64,000 nucleotides of DNA from a virus (taxonomy: Duplodnaviria > Caudoviricetes), in IMG/VR virus record IMGVR_UViG_3300012041_000002, positions 1 through 64,000 of that record, one strand, 5' to 3'. Below, in pieces: positions 25,386 to 33,728 of this stretch (the first letter of the stretch is position 1; each line of letters begins with the position of its first letter). The notes under the pieces were generated by a model. That model was given only the letters and a program-made list of their open reading frames with translations. It made no database searches and was not told the origin of the DNA. Made by a program: the position numbers and the translations under genes.

Positions 25386-26092
25386 TATCCTTCCTCCAAT
25401 AACTTATAGTCACCTTCTACGATGTCCATATACTCAGGCATACGCTCCTTACGCCTGCGAGAGCCGCTGATGAGCCTCTCGTAAAGCCCCCGGGCCACCA
25501 TCTCCAACGCCTGCTTACCACTGACAGGCTCACCACCGTCGAGTAGCTGACTGACGCGGGCAATCTCCTCGATGATAATCATGGCGTCGGAGTCGAGCTG
25601 CTGCACCATAATCACCTGCGTGTCCGACAACTGCCCCAGAGCCTTCATGAGGGTGGTAATCTGGGCGTTGAGGGTTTCGCCACCTTTGAACGCTGCATTC
25701 CACTTGAGCGGGTCACCAGTTTTGAGAGGTAGCCGGCCACATTCACGGCACCGGCCAAAGTGCTCATCATGTTCCCAGTCACCGTGAAACCCAATCTCGG
25801 CTTGCAGGGCATTCTGCAAAAACTCCGTCCTACGGATGGCACGCTTGATTACATCGAACGTATCCATGGCCTTTTCGAACGCAGCATCGCGCTTATCCTG
25901 GGCCACGTCCGAGGCCGGCTCAATCATTTTTTTCGTAAGCCTGCCCAGCCTCTCCAACTGCTCCTTGTACCGGAACACCGTTTTCGAAGAGATACCCAAT
26001 TCCTCGGCAATCTGTGGGTACGTCATGCCCTTGCCAATCATTTCCTCAATCATGCCGAGGCGTACTGTGTCATAATTGTCGCCTGTTGCCAA
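25385..26092 (-). CDS. HTH DNA-binding protein; possible small terminase subunit
   Basis: GMTYPQIAEELGISSKTVFRY; helical middle; CRECG motif. Confidence 0.6.
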   Translation of the reverse strand: MATGDNYDTVRLGMIEEMIGKGMTYPQIAEELGISSKTVFRYKEQLERLGRLTKKMIEPASDVAQDKRDAAFEKAMDTFDVIKRAIRRTEFLQNALQAEIGFHGDWEHDEHFGRCRECGRLPLKTGDPLKWNAAFKGGETLNAQITTLMKALGQLSDTQVIMVQQLDSDAMIIIEEIARVSQLLDGGEPVSGKQALEMVARGLYERLISGSRRRKERMPEYMDIVEGDYKLLEEG

Positions 26093-26103
26093 TGCTTCCT
26101 CCC

Positions 26104-26388
26104 CTACTCTAGGGTATCTATACCCATATGGCGCTTGAGTCTGTTGACTTTCTCGGCCAAATCCTTACGGTGGGCCAACTCCACAAACTCAATCAACTCG
26201 GCCAGCTCTTGCGACACATAGGCTGCACACGCCAGCCACCCCCAGGCCATCGTGGAGCGCTTTACCCCACGGCTATCCCGCGTGCGCAGGATTGGAGCCA
26301 TATCCTTCCACACCGTTACAAAACCCTTGTGTCGCAGCTGGAAGTGCCGGAACTCCTCGTCGGTTATGAACTGTATTGGCCTACCCAT
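26104..26388 (-). CDS. hypothetical protein
   Basis: GGAG RBS; MGRPIQF... Confidence 0.6.
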   Translation of the reverse strand: MGRPIQFITDEEFRHFQLRHKGFVTVWKDMAPILRTRDSRGVKRSTMAWGWLACAAYVSQELAELIEFVELAHRKDLAEKVNRLKRHMGIDTLE

Positions 26389-26734
26389 ATGGTAGCTTCT
26401 CCGGGGATACTTGCTGCACAAAAGTTTGAATGCTGTACGATTTGCCCTCTTGCACATGGTAGAAGTTGTCGACAGGGCAGATGTACAGTTTATAGTCCCG
26501 CTCCGTGTATCGAACCTGATACTTGTTCCACAGGTACTGACGAGCCAACTCGGCAGCTTTCATATAATCCTCAGCCACTATGGGAAAGGAGTTGAACTCA
26601 ACTATGTCCTGGGTGTTTATGGGGGCAATTGCCGGTGGGACGGTAACCTGAACAGCCTCCACACGAATCGGTGGGAGTACAGTCACGCGCTTGTACACGG
26701 CATAGTTGGCTATGTAAAGTTTTAGTTTGTCCAT
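26381..26734 (-). CDS. hypothetical protein
   Basis: MDKLKLYIANYAV...; coupled. Confidence 0.6.
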   Translation of the reverse strand: MDKLKLYIANYAVYKRVTVLPPIRVEAVQVTVPPAIAPINTQDIVEFNSFPIVAEDYMKAAELARQYLWNKYQVRYTERDYKLYICPVDNFYHVQEGKSYSIQTFVQQVSPEKLPYG

Positions 26735-26822
26735 GTTGCCAACACCACAATTGTTCCAATAGCTATGGCCCATACGATAATACTAATAGCTATGATTTGA
26801 AGTACATTCAGCCTATCTTTAC

Positions 26823-28745
26823 TCATCGTGCCTCCGGCAAAATATAGTTGGTGGTGAGGGGGAAGTTAGTCCTAAAGTTGGGCATAACCCCGCTTGTCAC
26901 CAGCATCACTCCGATATAAACAGGCATTCCGCCTATGTTCTCACCCTCCGGGCCGACTATTCGAACTATGCCAACCTCGCCATCGTCGTCGGTGGAAATT
27001 TGTGACGTGTCAACACGTAAGTCTAGGCGCTGTATCCCACCAACTGCCGGTGGAAACACCGTGCCCTCTGACGGAGATACACTCAGCCAGTCTCCAGCGT
27101 CGCCCAGTACCTCGGCCTGCCAACTCTGCTCACTGGCCGCGGCATTGTACAGATAGGTGGTGAAAGTGTAGATGCCGGTGGAACGGGCGTCTATGCGCAC
27201 ATTGTTAGACGTGACATTCACCATACCGTGTGCCTCGTGTGGGGCAGGGGTTGGGAATCTGGGACTGAATGAGGTTTCAGTCTCTAGCTGGAAGTTAGAA
27301 AGTTGTGCGTTTTGCGCACGAACGTATATCTGGTTCAGCCCCGAGTATAATTTGCCCGGAGGTATCTCGACATAATTCAGATGCTCCAGATAGCATGGTG
27401 TGCCTGTACACGAACGTACCGGCACGTCAATCCAGCCGGTGGTGTTCACCTTTACCTGTATACTGCCGGAGTCAGCGTTACCCACGAACAGTAATCGTGT
27501 TCGACGTTCAAGTTGCGGTTCTCCGGGCCACCAGATAAAGATGCGGCGCTCACGAAGGCTGCTGAAATCCAGCCTCGGGCAGTCCTGCACCCTGTCAACT
27601 TCCATGCGTGTAACCGGAGGGCAGCCCTGATACCCAGTCACTGCGGTGCCCAGAGAGGTGCCGGCAGGCCCATCGAAGATAATATTATCCCAATGCACCA
27701 CTTGATTGGCTACAGGTGCGGTTATCCTATCTCTGGCCGAGTACCATGTACGGTGGGCCAGAATAAAGTACCCTCGGGTGAATGGTAGTGGAGCAGGAAA
27801 TGTCGCCTGAGCCACAAGCTGCTGGTTTATGTAGAACTTGGCTCCGCGACGGCTAACCTCAATCTTTACAGGTAGCCTGATATTCACCGGGGTGAAAAGT
27901 TCCTGTGTGGATATATAATTTACTTCCGTTCCGCCCAAATTCAGGCCAATTCCGGGGAAATTGGAAGTATTACCACCCCTGTCAAAACGTGTGGAAAATT
28001 CCACCGAGTTAGGGTGCCCGTCACCCTCGCCGGCGCCAAACTCCTGCGCACTCCAAGGAACATTGTCCTCCCCTACCAGATGTATCTCGGGCCACTTGCC
28101 TTCGATGTGGTGCGTGGCCGAAAAGTCCATCTCGGTAATCAGAGTACGTGTCATATTGTCAGACAAATCCACCTGCACTCGGGGGCGGATGTACAGCTCC
28201 CCCCGTTGCTTGCCGCCGAGCATCTGCGTATGAATGTGGAGCTCCGACACGAACGTTAGGAATTTATCCGCCTGATTGACGCTCTCTGGGCGCTGCCCAC
28301 TACCATATGAGGTGCGTATATCGTACAAGTTGCTCGACATAGCCCCGGGTACTGCTTCGTTGAAATTGTCGTTGAAGGCTTCATTCGGCAAATGTGTGGG
28401 GGCAGAGGTGTACTCCATGACACTTCCACCAAAGATTCTGGTACCGTCAGGCGACAGGCCGGACACCGTAACCGTGTACGGGTGCATAGGTTCCAGCCCA
28501 TTCGCCTGTATAGCCCGGGCGTTGCCGGAGGTAATCTTCGACTGTTGTAGCTCCCCGGTGGAGGCATCATGCACCTCGAGCAGGGTGAACTGCTGGCTAT
28601 TCGTGCCGCCTATGTCAACGTGCAGGGTGGAGTCGAGAGCCACCACCCCGAGAATAATTGGCGGGGAGGGTGCTGCCCCCGCTAATGCAATCAGTAGAAC
28701 CGGCAAAACTCCGGCTAATATAACCAAGCGCCCTAATTTGCTCAT
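26823..28745 (-). CDS. large secreted protein: FN3-like + ConA-like beta-sandwich + BACON-like domains
   Basis: Signal peptide; ANGLEPMHPYTVTV (FN3); SWQA...DWLSVSPSEGTV...LDLRVD (BACON-like). Confidence 0.75.
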   Translation of the reverse strand: MSKLGRLVILAGVLPVLLIALAGAAPSPPIILGVVALDSTLHVDIGGTNSQQFTLLEVHDASTGELQQSKITSGNARAIQANGLEPMHPYTVTVSGLSPDGTRIFGGSVMEYTSAPTHLPNEAFNDNFNEAVPGAMSSNLYDIRTSYGSGQRPESVNQADKFLTFVSELHIHTQMLGGKQRGELYIRPRVQVDLSDNMTRTLITEMDFSATHHIEGKWPEIHLVGEDNVPWSAQEFGAGEGDGHPNSVEFSTRFDRGGNTSNFPGIGLNLGGTEVNYISTQELFTPVNIRLPVKIEVSRRGAKFYINQQLVAQATFPAPLPFTRGYFILAHRTWYSARDRITAPVANQVVHWDNIIFDGPAGTSLGTAVTGYQGCPPVTRMEVDRVQDCPRLDFSSLRERRIFIWWPGEPQLERRTRLLFVGNADSGSIQVKVNTTGWIDVPVRSCTGTPCYLEHLNYVEIPPGKLYSGLNQIYVRAQNAQLSNFQLETETSFSPRFPTPAPHEAHGMVNVTSNNVRIDARSTGIYTFTTYLYNAAASEQSWQAEVLGDAGDWLSVSPSEGTVFPPAVGGIQRLDLRVDTSQISTDDDGEVGIVRIVGPEGENIGGMPVYIGVMLVTSGVMPNFRTNFPLTTNYILPEAR

Positions 28746-28746
28746 C

Positions 28747-29124
28747 CTATTCCTCCACCCGGTTGATACTGGCATCGCTGGAAAACTTATCCCCGTACCT
28801 CTCGCGTAACTTCTTGATATTAGCCCCCATAATCTCCGGCAAAGTGACGTCGATGGTATCCGCGGCCAGGGCCAGGTACCACATCACATCCCCCATCTCT
28901 TTCACTACTTTTTCCTTGTCCAGCGAGTGCCCGTGGATAACGTGTTTCTTCATATGTTCGGTGAATCCACCTGCGTGGGTTACCAAGTTCATAACCGCAC
29001 ACAACAACTCTGCTGCCTCTCCACTCAGGCCAAATGCGGAAGCCATTAGCTGTTCTTCCGTCGGGGCCACTTTTGCAGTCTGTATCGCCATCCTTTGGTA
29101 TTCCAGTGCGCTGCGTATTTCCAT
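28747..29124 (-). CDS. MazG-like nucleotide pyrophosphohydrolase
   Basis: GLSGEAAE...KKH..HGH.LD.E.V.KEMGDVMWYLA...NIKKLRERY. Confidence 0.88.
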   Translation of the reverse strand: MEIRSALEYQRMAIQTAKVAPTEEQLMASAFGLSGEAAELLCAVMNLVTHAGGFTEHMKKHVIHGHSLDKEKVVKEMGDVMWYLALAADTIDVTLPEIMGANIKKLRERYGDKFSSDASINRVEE

Positions 29125-29422
29125 GTGCTTTCCCCTTTCTTCTCCTCTTGGCGCCCACCTTGACGCCTTTGTATGGCACTGCCATCTCCAAATCTATCTC
29201 GCCCGACTCCACCATAGCGTCCAGGCTTATCACACGCCACGAGGTGGCTATACGGTGGCGCTCCCTATCCTTCTCTTGTTTCAAGAACCTCATCCACTCC
29301 GGCATAGGGTGCCCACCATACTGGTGCCAGCACGTCGAACAGAATGGCATGGCTGCGTTGAGCGGTAGTCGAGTGCAGCCGGGTATTGCGCACCTGGCAC
29401 CATGTAGCTGTGTCTGATTCAC
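28820..29422 (-). CDS. Zn-finger hypothetical protein; 3' part overlaps MazG gene in another frame
   Basis: CAIPGC...FCSTCW. Confidence 0.5.
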   Translation of the reverse strand: MNQTQLHGARCAIPGCTRLPLNAAMPFCSTCWHQYGGHPMPEWMRFLKQEKDRERHRIATSWRVISLDAMVESGEIDLEMAVPYKGVKVGAKRRRKGKAHGNTQRTGIPKDGDTDCKSGPDGRTANGFRIWPEWRGSRVVVCGYELGNPRRWIHRTYEETRYPRALAGQGKSSERDGGCDVVPGPGRGYHRRHFAGDYGG

Positions 29423-29685
29423 CAGATAACCCCACCAAGTAGAAACCCAACTACGAGGGCTAACAGGAAACTGTGCATAAACTTGAAGGGGTAATTGCGG
29501 AGTGACAGGTACATGAAATGCCAGTCACCTATCTGTACCCGCCATCGAAACCGCCCTGACGGCTTATCGAACAACCACCTGCCCTTCGTCATGGAGAACC
29601 CCCACTTGAACAGGAAAAATATCCACCCGTCACGCAGCCTATGGATTTGAATAGGCCCCCAGGTTTCGTGAAACATTTTAGCCAT
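29419..29685 (-). CDS. hypothetical membrane protein
   Basis: Aromatic-rich; C-terminal TM segment. Confidence 0.6.
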   Translation of the reverse strand: MAKMFHETWGPIQIHRLRDGWIFFLFKWGFSMTKGRWLFDKPSGRFRWRVQIGDWHFMYLSLRNYPFKFMHSFLLALVVGFLLGGVIW

Positions 29686-30519
29686 CTACCGTCCCTCCCG
29701 GGCTATCTGGGCACAGAGGCCCGCTACTGGGCACCAGGGCGCCTTCCCGCGCCAGCCGGTGCATTTCCACACACTGTCCGAGTCCAGCTCCGCATCGAGT
29801 ACAGGGGGCAGCAACTCGTCCACGTCATACGTTCCGTCGAACACCCCGACAAATTTAGAGATACGTGCGTCCAGATACTCTTTGGTTTGCCCCAAAGGCC
29901 ATAGCTCCAGTGCTGTGCGATGCGGGCGCTTCATGGAGAACTGCTGGATAAGGGCTCGGGTAACTTCAATCGGCCCCTCAGTCTCCCACGTTTCCAGAGC
30001 CTCACCGTCAGGGCACTCGTGCATAAACTCATGCGGCTGGGCCAGCATGTACCTGTACACGGATAGCTGGGGAACCCAGTAGGGCTTCTTCTTGCCTACA
30101 TCGTCGTCCTTGATGCTCTTGTAATCTATGAGTAACTTCTGCCCTGGAATCACCTTGTCCGGTTTACCACGAAGGTACATCCACCCCCCACCCGGAATCT
30201 CGTAAGTTATGCGAATAGCCCTCTCCACAAGGGCATCATCTTCCTGGGTACCATCGTCGAGGAAGGCGTGTATCATCGTGCCCCGGTAGGCAGCGTAGGC
30301 ATACTCAAGAGGCACCCAGTAGTCACTCTGCTGCTTGAGTACAATAGCCCGCGGGCAGTCAGAAAGCATCGTAGGAGAGATGTAGTCGCGCTCTTCCTGC
30401 ACAAACATCTTCTCCACCGTCTGGGGTGTGTAGGGGAAGTCGTCAGGGTAGGTTCTCGCCAACTCGAGTATCTCCTCGTGAGTCCACCGTCGGCCATCCC
30501 AAATCCAACCGATTTGCAT
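29686..30519 (-). CDS. PD-(D/E)XK Cas4-like exonuclease
   Basis: SPTMLSDCPR, RGTMIH, GKPD..LIDYKS, QLSVY, C-terminal WKC..WCP..C. Confidence 0.82.
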   Translation of the reverse strand: MQIGWIWDGRRWTHEEILELARTYPDDFPYTPQTVEKMFVQEERDYISPTMLSDCPRAIVLKQQSDYWVPLEYAYAAYRGTMIHAFLDDGTQEDDALVERAIRITYEIPGGGWMYLRGKPDKVIPGQKLLIDYKSIKDDDVGKKKPYWVPQLSVYRYMLAQPHEFMHECPDGEALETWETEGPIEVTRALIQQFSMKRPHRTALELWPLGQTKEYLDARISKFVGVFDGTYDVDELLPPVLDAELDSDSVWKCTGWRGKAPWCPVAGLCAQIAREGR

Positions 30520-30704
30520 TATCCTACCCTCTTTTTTTCGTAGGCTTCCAGCGCCCGCAAGGTAGCCCGCACCGTACATTTCGTAACCTTCAACACCAGT
30601 GTATCTCCGGCTTCATTCTTGATAAGTACGGTGTTGTTGTCCGGCCTCATGAATATCTCAACTATGCGACTCCCCTTGAAAGTCACCGGCTTCTTGTCGC
30701 TCAC
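30519..30704 (-). CDS. small hypothetical protein
   Basis: GTG start coupled to upstream stop. Confidence 0.5.
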   Translation of the reverse strand: MSDKKPVTFKGSRIVEIFMRPDNNTVLIKNEAGDTLVLKVTKCTVRATLRALEAYEKKRVG

Positions 30705-31219
30705 TGTAGCTGTCCCTGCATCACAGGCAACCCTTCGTGGTACTCGGTTCCCGGAACCTCTCGAAGGATTACCTCTATCGGCACGGTGTGCCCGGTAGAC
30801 ATATAGAGGGTTCGTTTCTCCCGCTCCCCCTTGGTGCCCACCACCTTCTCCGGGTAAGACAGTAAATGCTCGGCCATCCACGATTTGAGGGCCGGCACCG
30901 GTATGAGCAGCAGCTTCCCGCTTGTCACGAAGTAATAGGCAACCACATCGGCGCAGGTGTAAATCATGCAGCCGGGGTTGCCCTTTGAATTGTTCGACAC
31001 CCGCTCGAGGTAAACATTGCCGCTCGTCCACCTGTCACCCTTTACCTCGCACAGGCGTATACCATCGCTGCTCTCCAGCAGCAAATCCACATCCAAAAGC
31101 TGGAAGAATTTATCATCCTGAACGTCATGCACTTCACACTGGCTCTGGGACTTCACCCATGTGGAGAAGGACTGTACCGCCCAATCCCCTATCTTCGCGG
31201 CTTTGGAGAACGTTAGCAT
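30701..31219 (-). CDS. restriction-endonuclease-like PD-(D/E)XK protein
   Basis: VQDDKFFQLLDVD...EVKGD..SGNVYLE..S...G..YTCAD...YYF. Confidence 0.72.
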   Translation of the reverse strand: MLTFSKAAKIGDWAVQSFSTWVKSQSQCEVHDVQDDKFFQLLDVDLLLESSDGIRLCEVKGDRWTSGNVYLERVSNNSKGNPGCMIYTCADVVAYYFVTSGKLLLIPVPALKSWMAEHLLSYPEKVVGTKGEREKRTLYMSTGHTVPIEVILREVPGTEYHEGLPVMQGQLQ

Positions 31220-31737
31220 TACTTCTTTTTCCTCTTGGCCTCGGAAGATGCTTTTATGGCGCATTGGGCACACAGCTTCTTACCGAAGCGTTCCACAGAC
31301 AAAGCCTCAACTTGCGCGGAGCTAATCTCGGCAGTGCCGCTGAAATAAGATTTGATGGCGTGTGGCTCACCATCCCCCTCACATTTCGTATACCCGTAAG
31401 ACTCGGGGCTCTCGTCTACAGCGTCCCACTGTATACCTGTGGGTTCCGCCTCGACTTCTTCCTTCGGGGCTTCAATCTGATGCGCGTAATCAACGTCTAC
31501 ACCGGCAGTTCTCAGGCACTCATCGATAGCGTCGTCAAGCACATGCTTGACAGAACTTGTATTCAAAGTTAGGGCACCTATTTGCATGGTGCTCCAGTAA
31601 CTGTACTCACCCCTCTCTGTTACCACCTGCGCGATAACCGTAACCATTTCGCTATCCTGCTCCAGCATTACAATCTGGGTAGTGATGGACAGCTTCGAAA
31701 ACTTCCTGTGCGCGGCTTTTACCAGTTCAGTGCTCAA
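31219..31737 (-). CDS. hypothetical protein with C-terminal Zn-binding motif
   Basis: YTKC...ERFGKKLCAQCA. Confidence 0.65.
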   Translation of the reverse strand: MSTELVKAAHRKFSKLSITTQIVMLEQDSEMVTVIAQVVTERGEYSYWSTMQIGALTLNTSSVKHVLDDAIDECLRTAGVDVDYAHQIEAPKEEVEAEPTGIQWDAVDESPESYGYTKCEGDGEPHAIKSYFSGTAEISSAQVEALSVERFGKKLCAQCAIKASSEAKRKKK

Positions 31738-31755
31738 CCTAGCTCCTTTTGTAAA

Positions 31756-31782
31756 GAGCGGGGGCTGTGGTGGCCCCCGCTC
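31756..31782 (-). terminator. hairpin downstream of ssb
   Basis: GAGCGGGGGC-7 nt-GCCCCCGCTC then TTT on minus strand. Confidence 0.6.
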
Positions 31783-31794
31783 CGTCAGTTAGTC

Positions 31795-32250
31795 CTAGAA
31801 AGGCAAGTCGTCGTTTGGTGCCGATGCCTGGGTAGCCTCGCCACTCCCCATACTTTCCCGCAAAGCCTTGAAATCAACGCCACCACCAGTCTCAGGTGAG
31901 GAGGTGCCACTATCCCCACGCCTGTTCGGCGAGGAGAGGAACACTATGTTCTGAACAACATACTCGTTCGTTGTTACCTGAATACCGTCCTTCTCGTATT
32001 GACGATTCTGCGCACGCCCTACAACCTCGACGTGTGAGCCTTTTTCCGTATAATCCCTCACCAGTTCGGCCTGCTTGCCAAAAGCAACGATGTTGAACCA
32101 ATCGGTTTTGTTCTTACCATCGGCGTCCTTTGTAAAGCCCGTTACCCCTATTGAGAACGAGGCAGTCACCTTGTCACCGTTAGTGAAGATTTTCGGGTCA
32201 CGTCCTAGATACCCACTGAACACGCAATTATTCAATCCTGGGTTTGCCAC
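31795..32250 (-). CDS. ssb: single-stranded DNA-binding protein
   Basis: N.C..SGYLGRDP...TDWFNIVAFGKQAE..Y..KGS.V.V.GR; acidic DDLPF tail. Confidence 0.95.
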   Translation of the reverse strand: MANPGLNNCVFSGYLGRDPKIFTNGDKVTASFSIGVTGFTKDADGKNKTDWFNIVAFGKQAELVRDYTEKGSHVEVVGRAQNRQYEKDGIQVTTNEYVVQNIVFLSSPNRRGDSGTSSPETGGGVDFKALRESMGSGEATQASAPNDDLPF

Positions 32251-32294
32251 TTCATTTACTCCTTTTCGTTCATACTAAGTATATACTATCAAGC

Positions 32295-32343
32295 ATACTT
32301 TGACTATCAATCAAAGTATAGCACACGTTTGCCCGGCTGTCAA
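32295..32343 (-). promoter_or_regulatory. sigma70 promoter of ssb operon with overlapping inverted repeat
   Basis: TTGACA-17-TATACT with TG extension; ATACTTTGA-N7-TCAAAGTAT (32295-32319). Confidence 0.75.
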
Positions 32344-33323
32344 GGACGCATTTGAAAGATGGTGCTGAATGCCTTTGGCTGCACACCTTCCAGCGGTTGG
32401 AACTCCCCCCTAAAGTTCACATAACCTGCCTTGACAAGTTCGGAAATGTCCTTGCCGTATGTCGGGCTCCATGTAACCCGGTACGACTCGATACCAATGT
32501 TACGCATGACTCTCCACAGCCGCCTGCTGGCCTCGCGGCCCGCGGCGTCGGCGTCATAGCAGATATAAACACGCATCTCTGTCAGCTCCCCCAATATTGG
32601 CAGAGCTGCCTTCGACAGCAAGTTTCGACACCCGGAAGTGCAGGAGATGGCAACCCCACCTGCCTGCACCATAGCCAGAGCATCAAACTCCCCCTCGACG
32701 AGGGCAACCTTCTTGCACCCATTTGCCAGCAGGGGCCACCTCACCCCCGGCGGTATGTACCACCTTGGTGGGCTTCCACACCCCTCTGCGTGCCAGTATT
32801 TGTTTTGAGTGTTACGCCAGTTGTCCTCGTCTACCCTGTACCGTATGTTCACCAGCTTCCCGTTATAGTCAAACACCGGTATGGTGTACGCGAAGCCTGT
32901 CCACCCTATACGTGCTTCCCGAATGGTTTCGGGAAGCAGCCCATACTTGTTACATAGCCAACCAATCTTGTTTGGGTGTTCGTCCAATAATTTAGCAAAG
33001 CTATCAATGGTTGATGGGTTTAGGGTAAGGGGTGAGGGGAGGGGAGCGTCTGGCCCGCTCTCACCGTTGCACAACGCGGAGGCTATCTCCAGCGCATCTA
33101 TCTTGCTACATTCACGCACCCTCATGATGTGCTCGAGGGCCTTCTCGCGGAATCCGCACACGAAGCAGTAGGTGTTGCTCGGGTATACGGCCAGGTTTGG
33201 CTTGTTCTTGTCTGTGTGCGCGGGGCACCTGACGAACACGGGGTTGCCGCGTTCCCCCGGGTACAAGCCACGCAAGTCCACACGCCTGGCTAAGTCAGGC
33301 ACGAGATACTGTGTAGCAACCAT
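32340..33323 (-). CDS. DNA primase (CHC2 Zn finger + Toprim)
   Basis: CPAH.DK.KP...YCFVCG; LVEGEFDAL; ICYDADAAG. Confidence 0.9.
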   Translation of the reverse strand: MVATQYLVPDLARRVDLRGLYPGERGNPVFVRCPAHTDKNKPNLAVYPSNTYCFVCGFREKALEHIMRVRECSKIDALEIASALCNGESGPDAPLPSPLTLNPSTIDSFAKLLDEHPNKIGWLCNKYGLLPETIREARIGWTGFAYTIPVFDYNGKLVNIRYRVDEDNWRNTQNKYWHAEGCGSPPRWYIPPGVRWPLLANGCKKVALVEGEFDALAMVQAGGVAISCTSGCRNLLSKAALPILGELTEMRVYICYDADAAGREASRRLWRVMRNIGIESYRVTWSPTYGKDISELVKAGYVNFRGEFQPLEGVQPKAFSTIFQMRP

Positions 33324-33386
33324 ACTCTCACTCCTTTCTGGCTCCAGTCGAGGTGGCCTCGGTTTTGACAGCGACTGACAAAATGG

Positions 33387-33415
33387 AGTATAACCGAAGG
33401 ATATTTGATTGTCAA
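33387..33415 (-). promoter_or_regulatory. sigma70 promoter for primase operon
   Basis: TTGACA-17-TATACT. Confidence 0.8.
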
Positions 33416-33441
33416 TACTTTTGCCAATTTTGGTTTGGCTA

Positions 33442-33470
33442 TTGACAAAGTTGGCAGAATGTTTTATCAT
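33442..33470 (+). promoter_or_regulatory. sigma70 promoter for helicase/polymerase operon
   Basis: TTGACA-17-TATCAT. Confidence 0.75.
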
Positions 33471-33728
33471 CAGTCAAAGGGGTTGGGGTTGGAGCTGGAA
33501 AGAGGCAATACCTCTAACCTTGAAGAATATATTACTCTAATCCCTTTTCAGGGATTAGAACTAAAAGGAGTAGCCTATTAGTATTGCAGAATGTCTTATT
33601 AGTTAGAGAGTAAACACACCTAGGTTGCAGAGTTAAAGGGGTGAGAGTATAGGACATACGTGCTATGTGTATAGATACCCTCCCCATCCCTCACACCTTT
33701 ACCTACTACGTTACGTAAGGAGAGTTTT

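Noticed and set aside
29686-30519. CRISPR-Cas locus (Cas4-like gene)
   Set aside because: No repeat-spacer array or other cas genes; solo Cas4-like nucleases are common in phage recombination modules.
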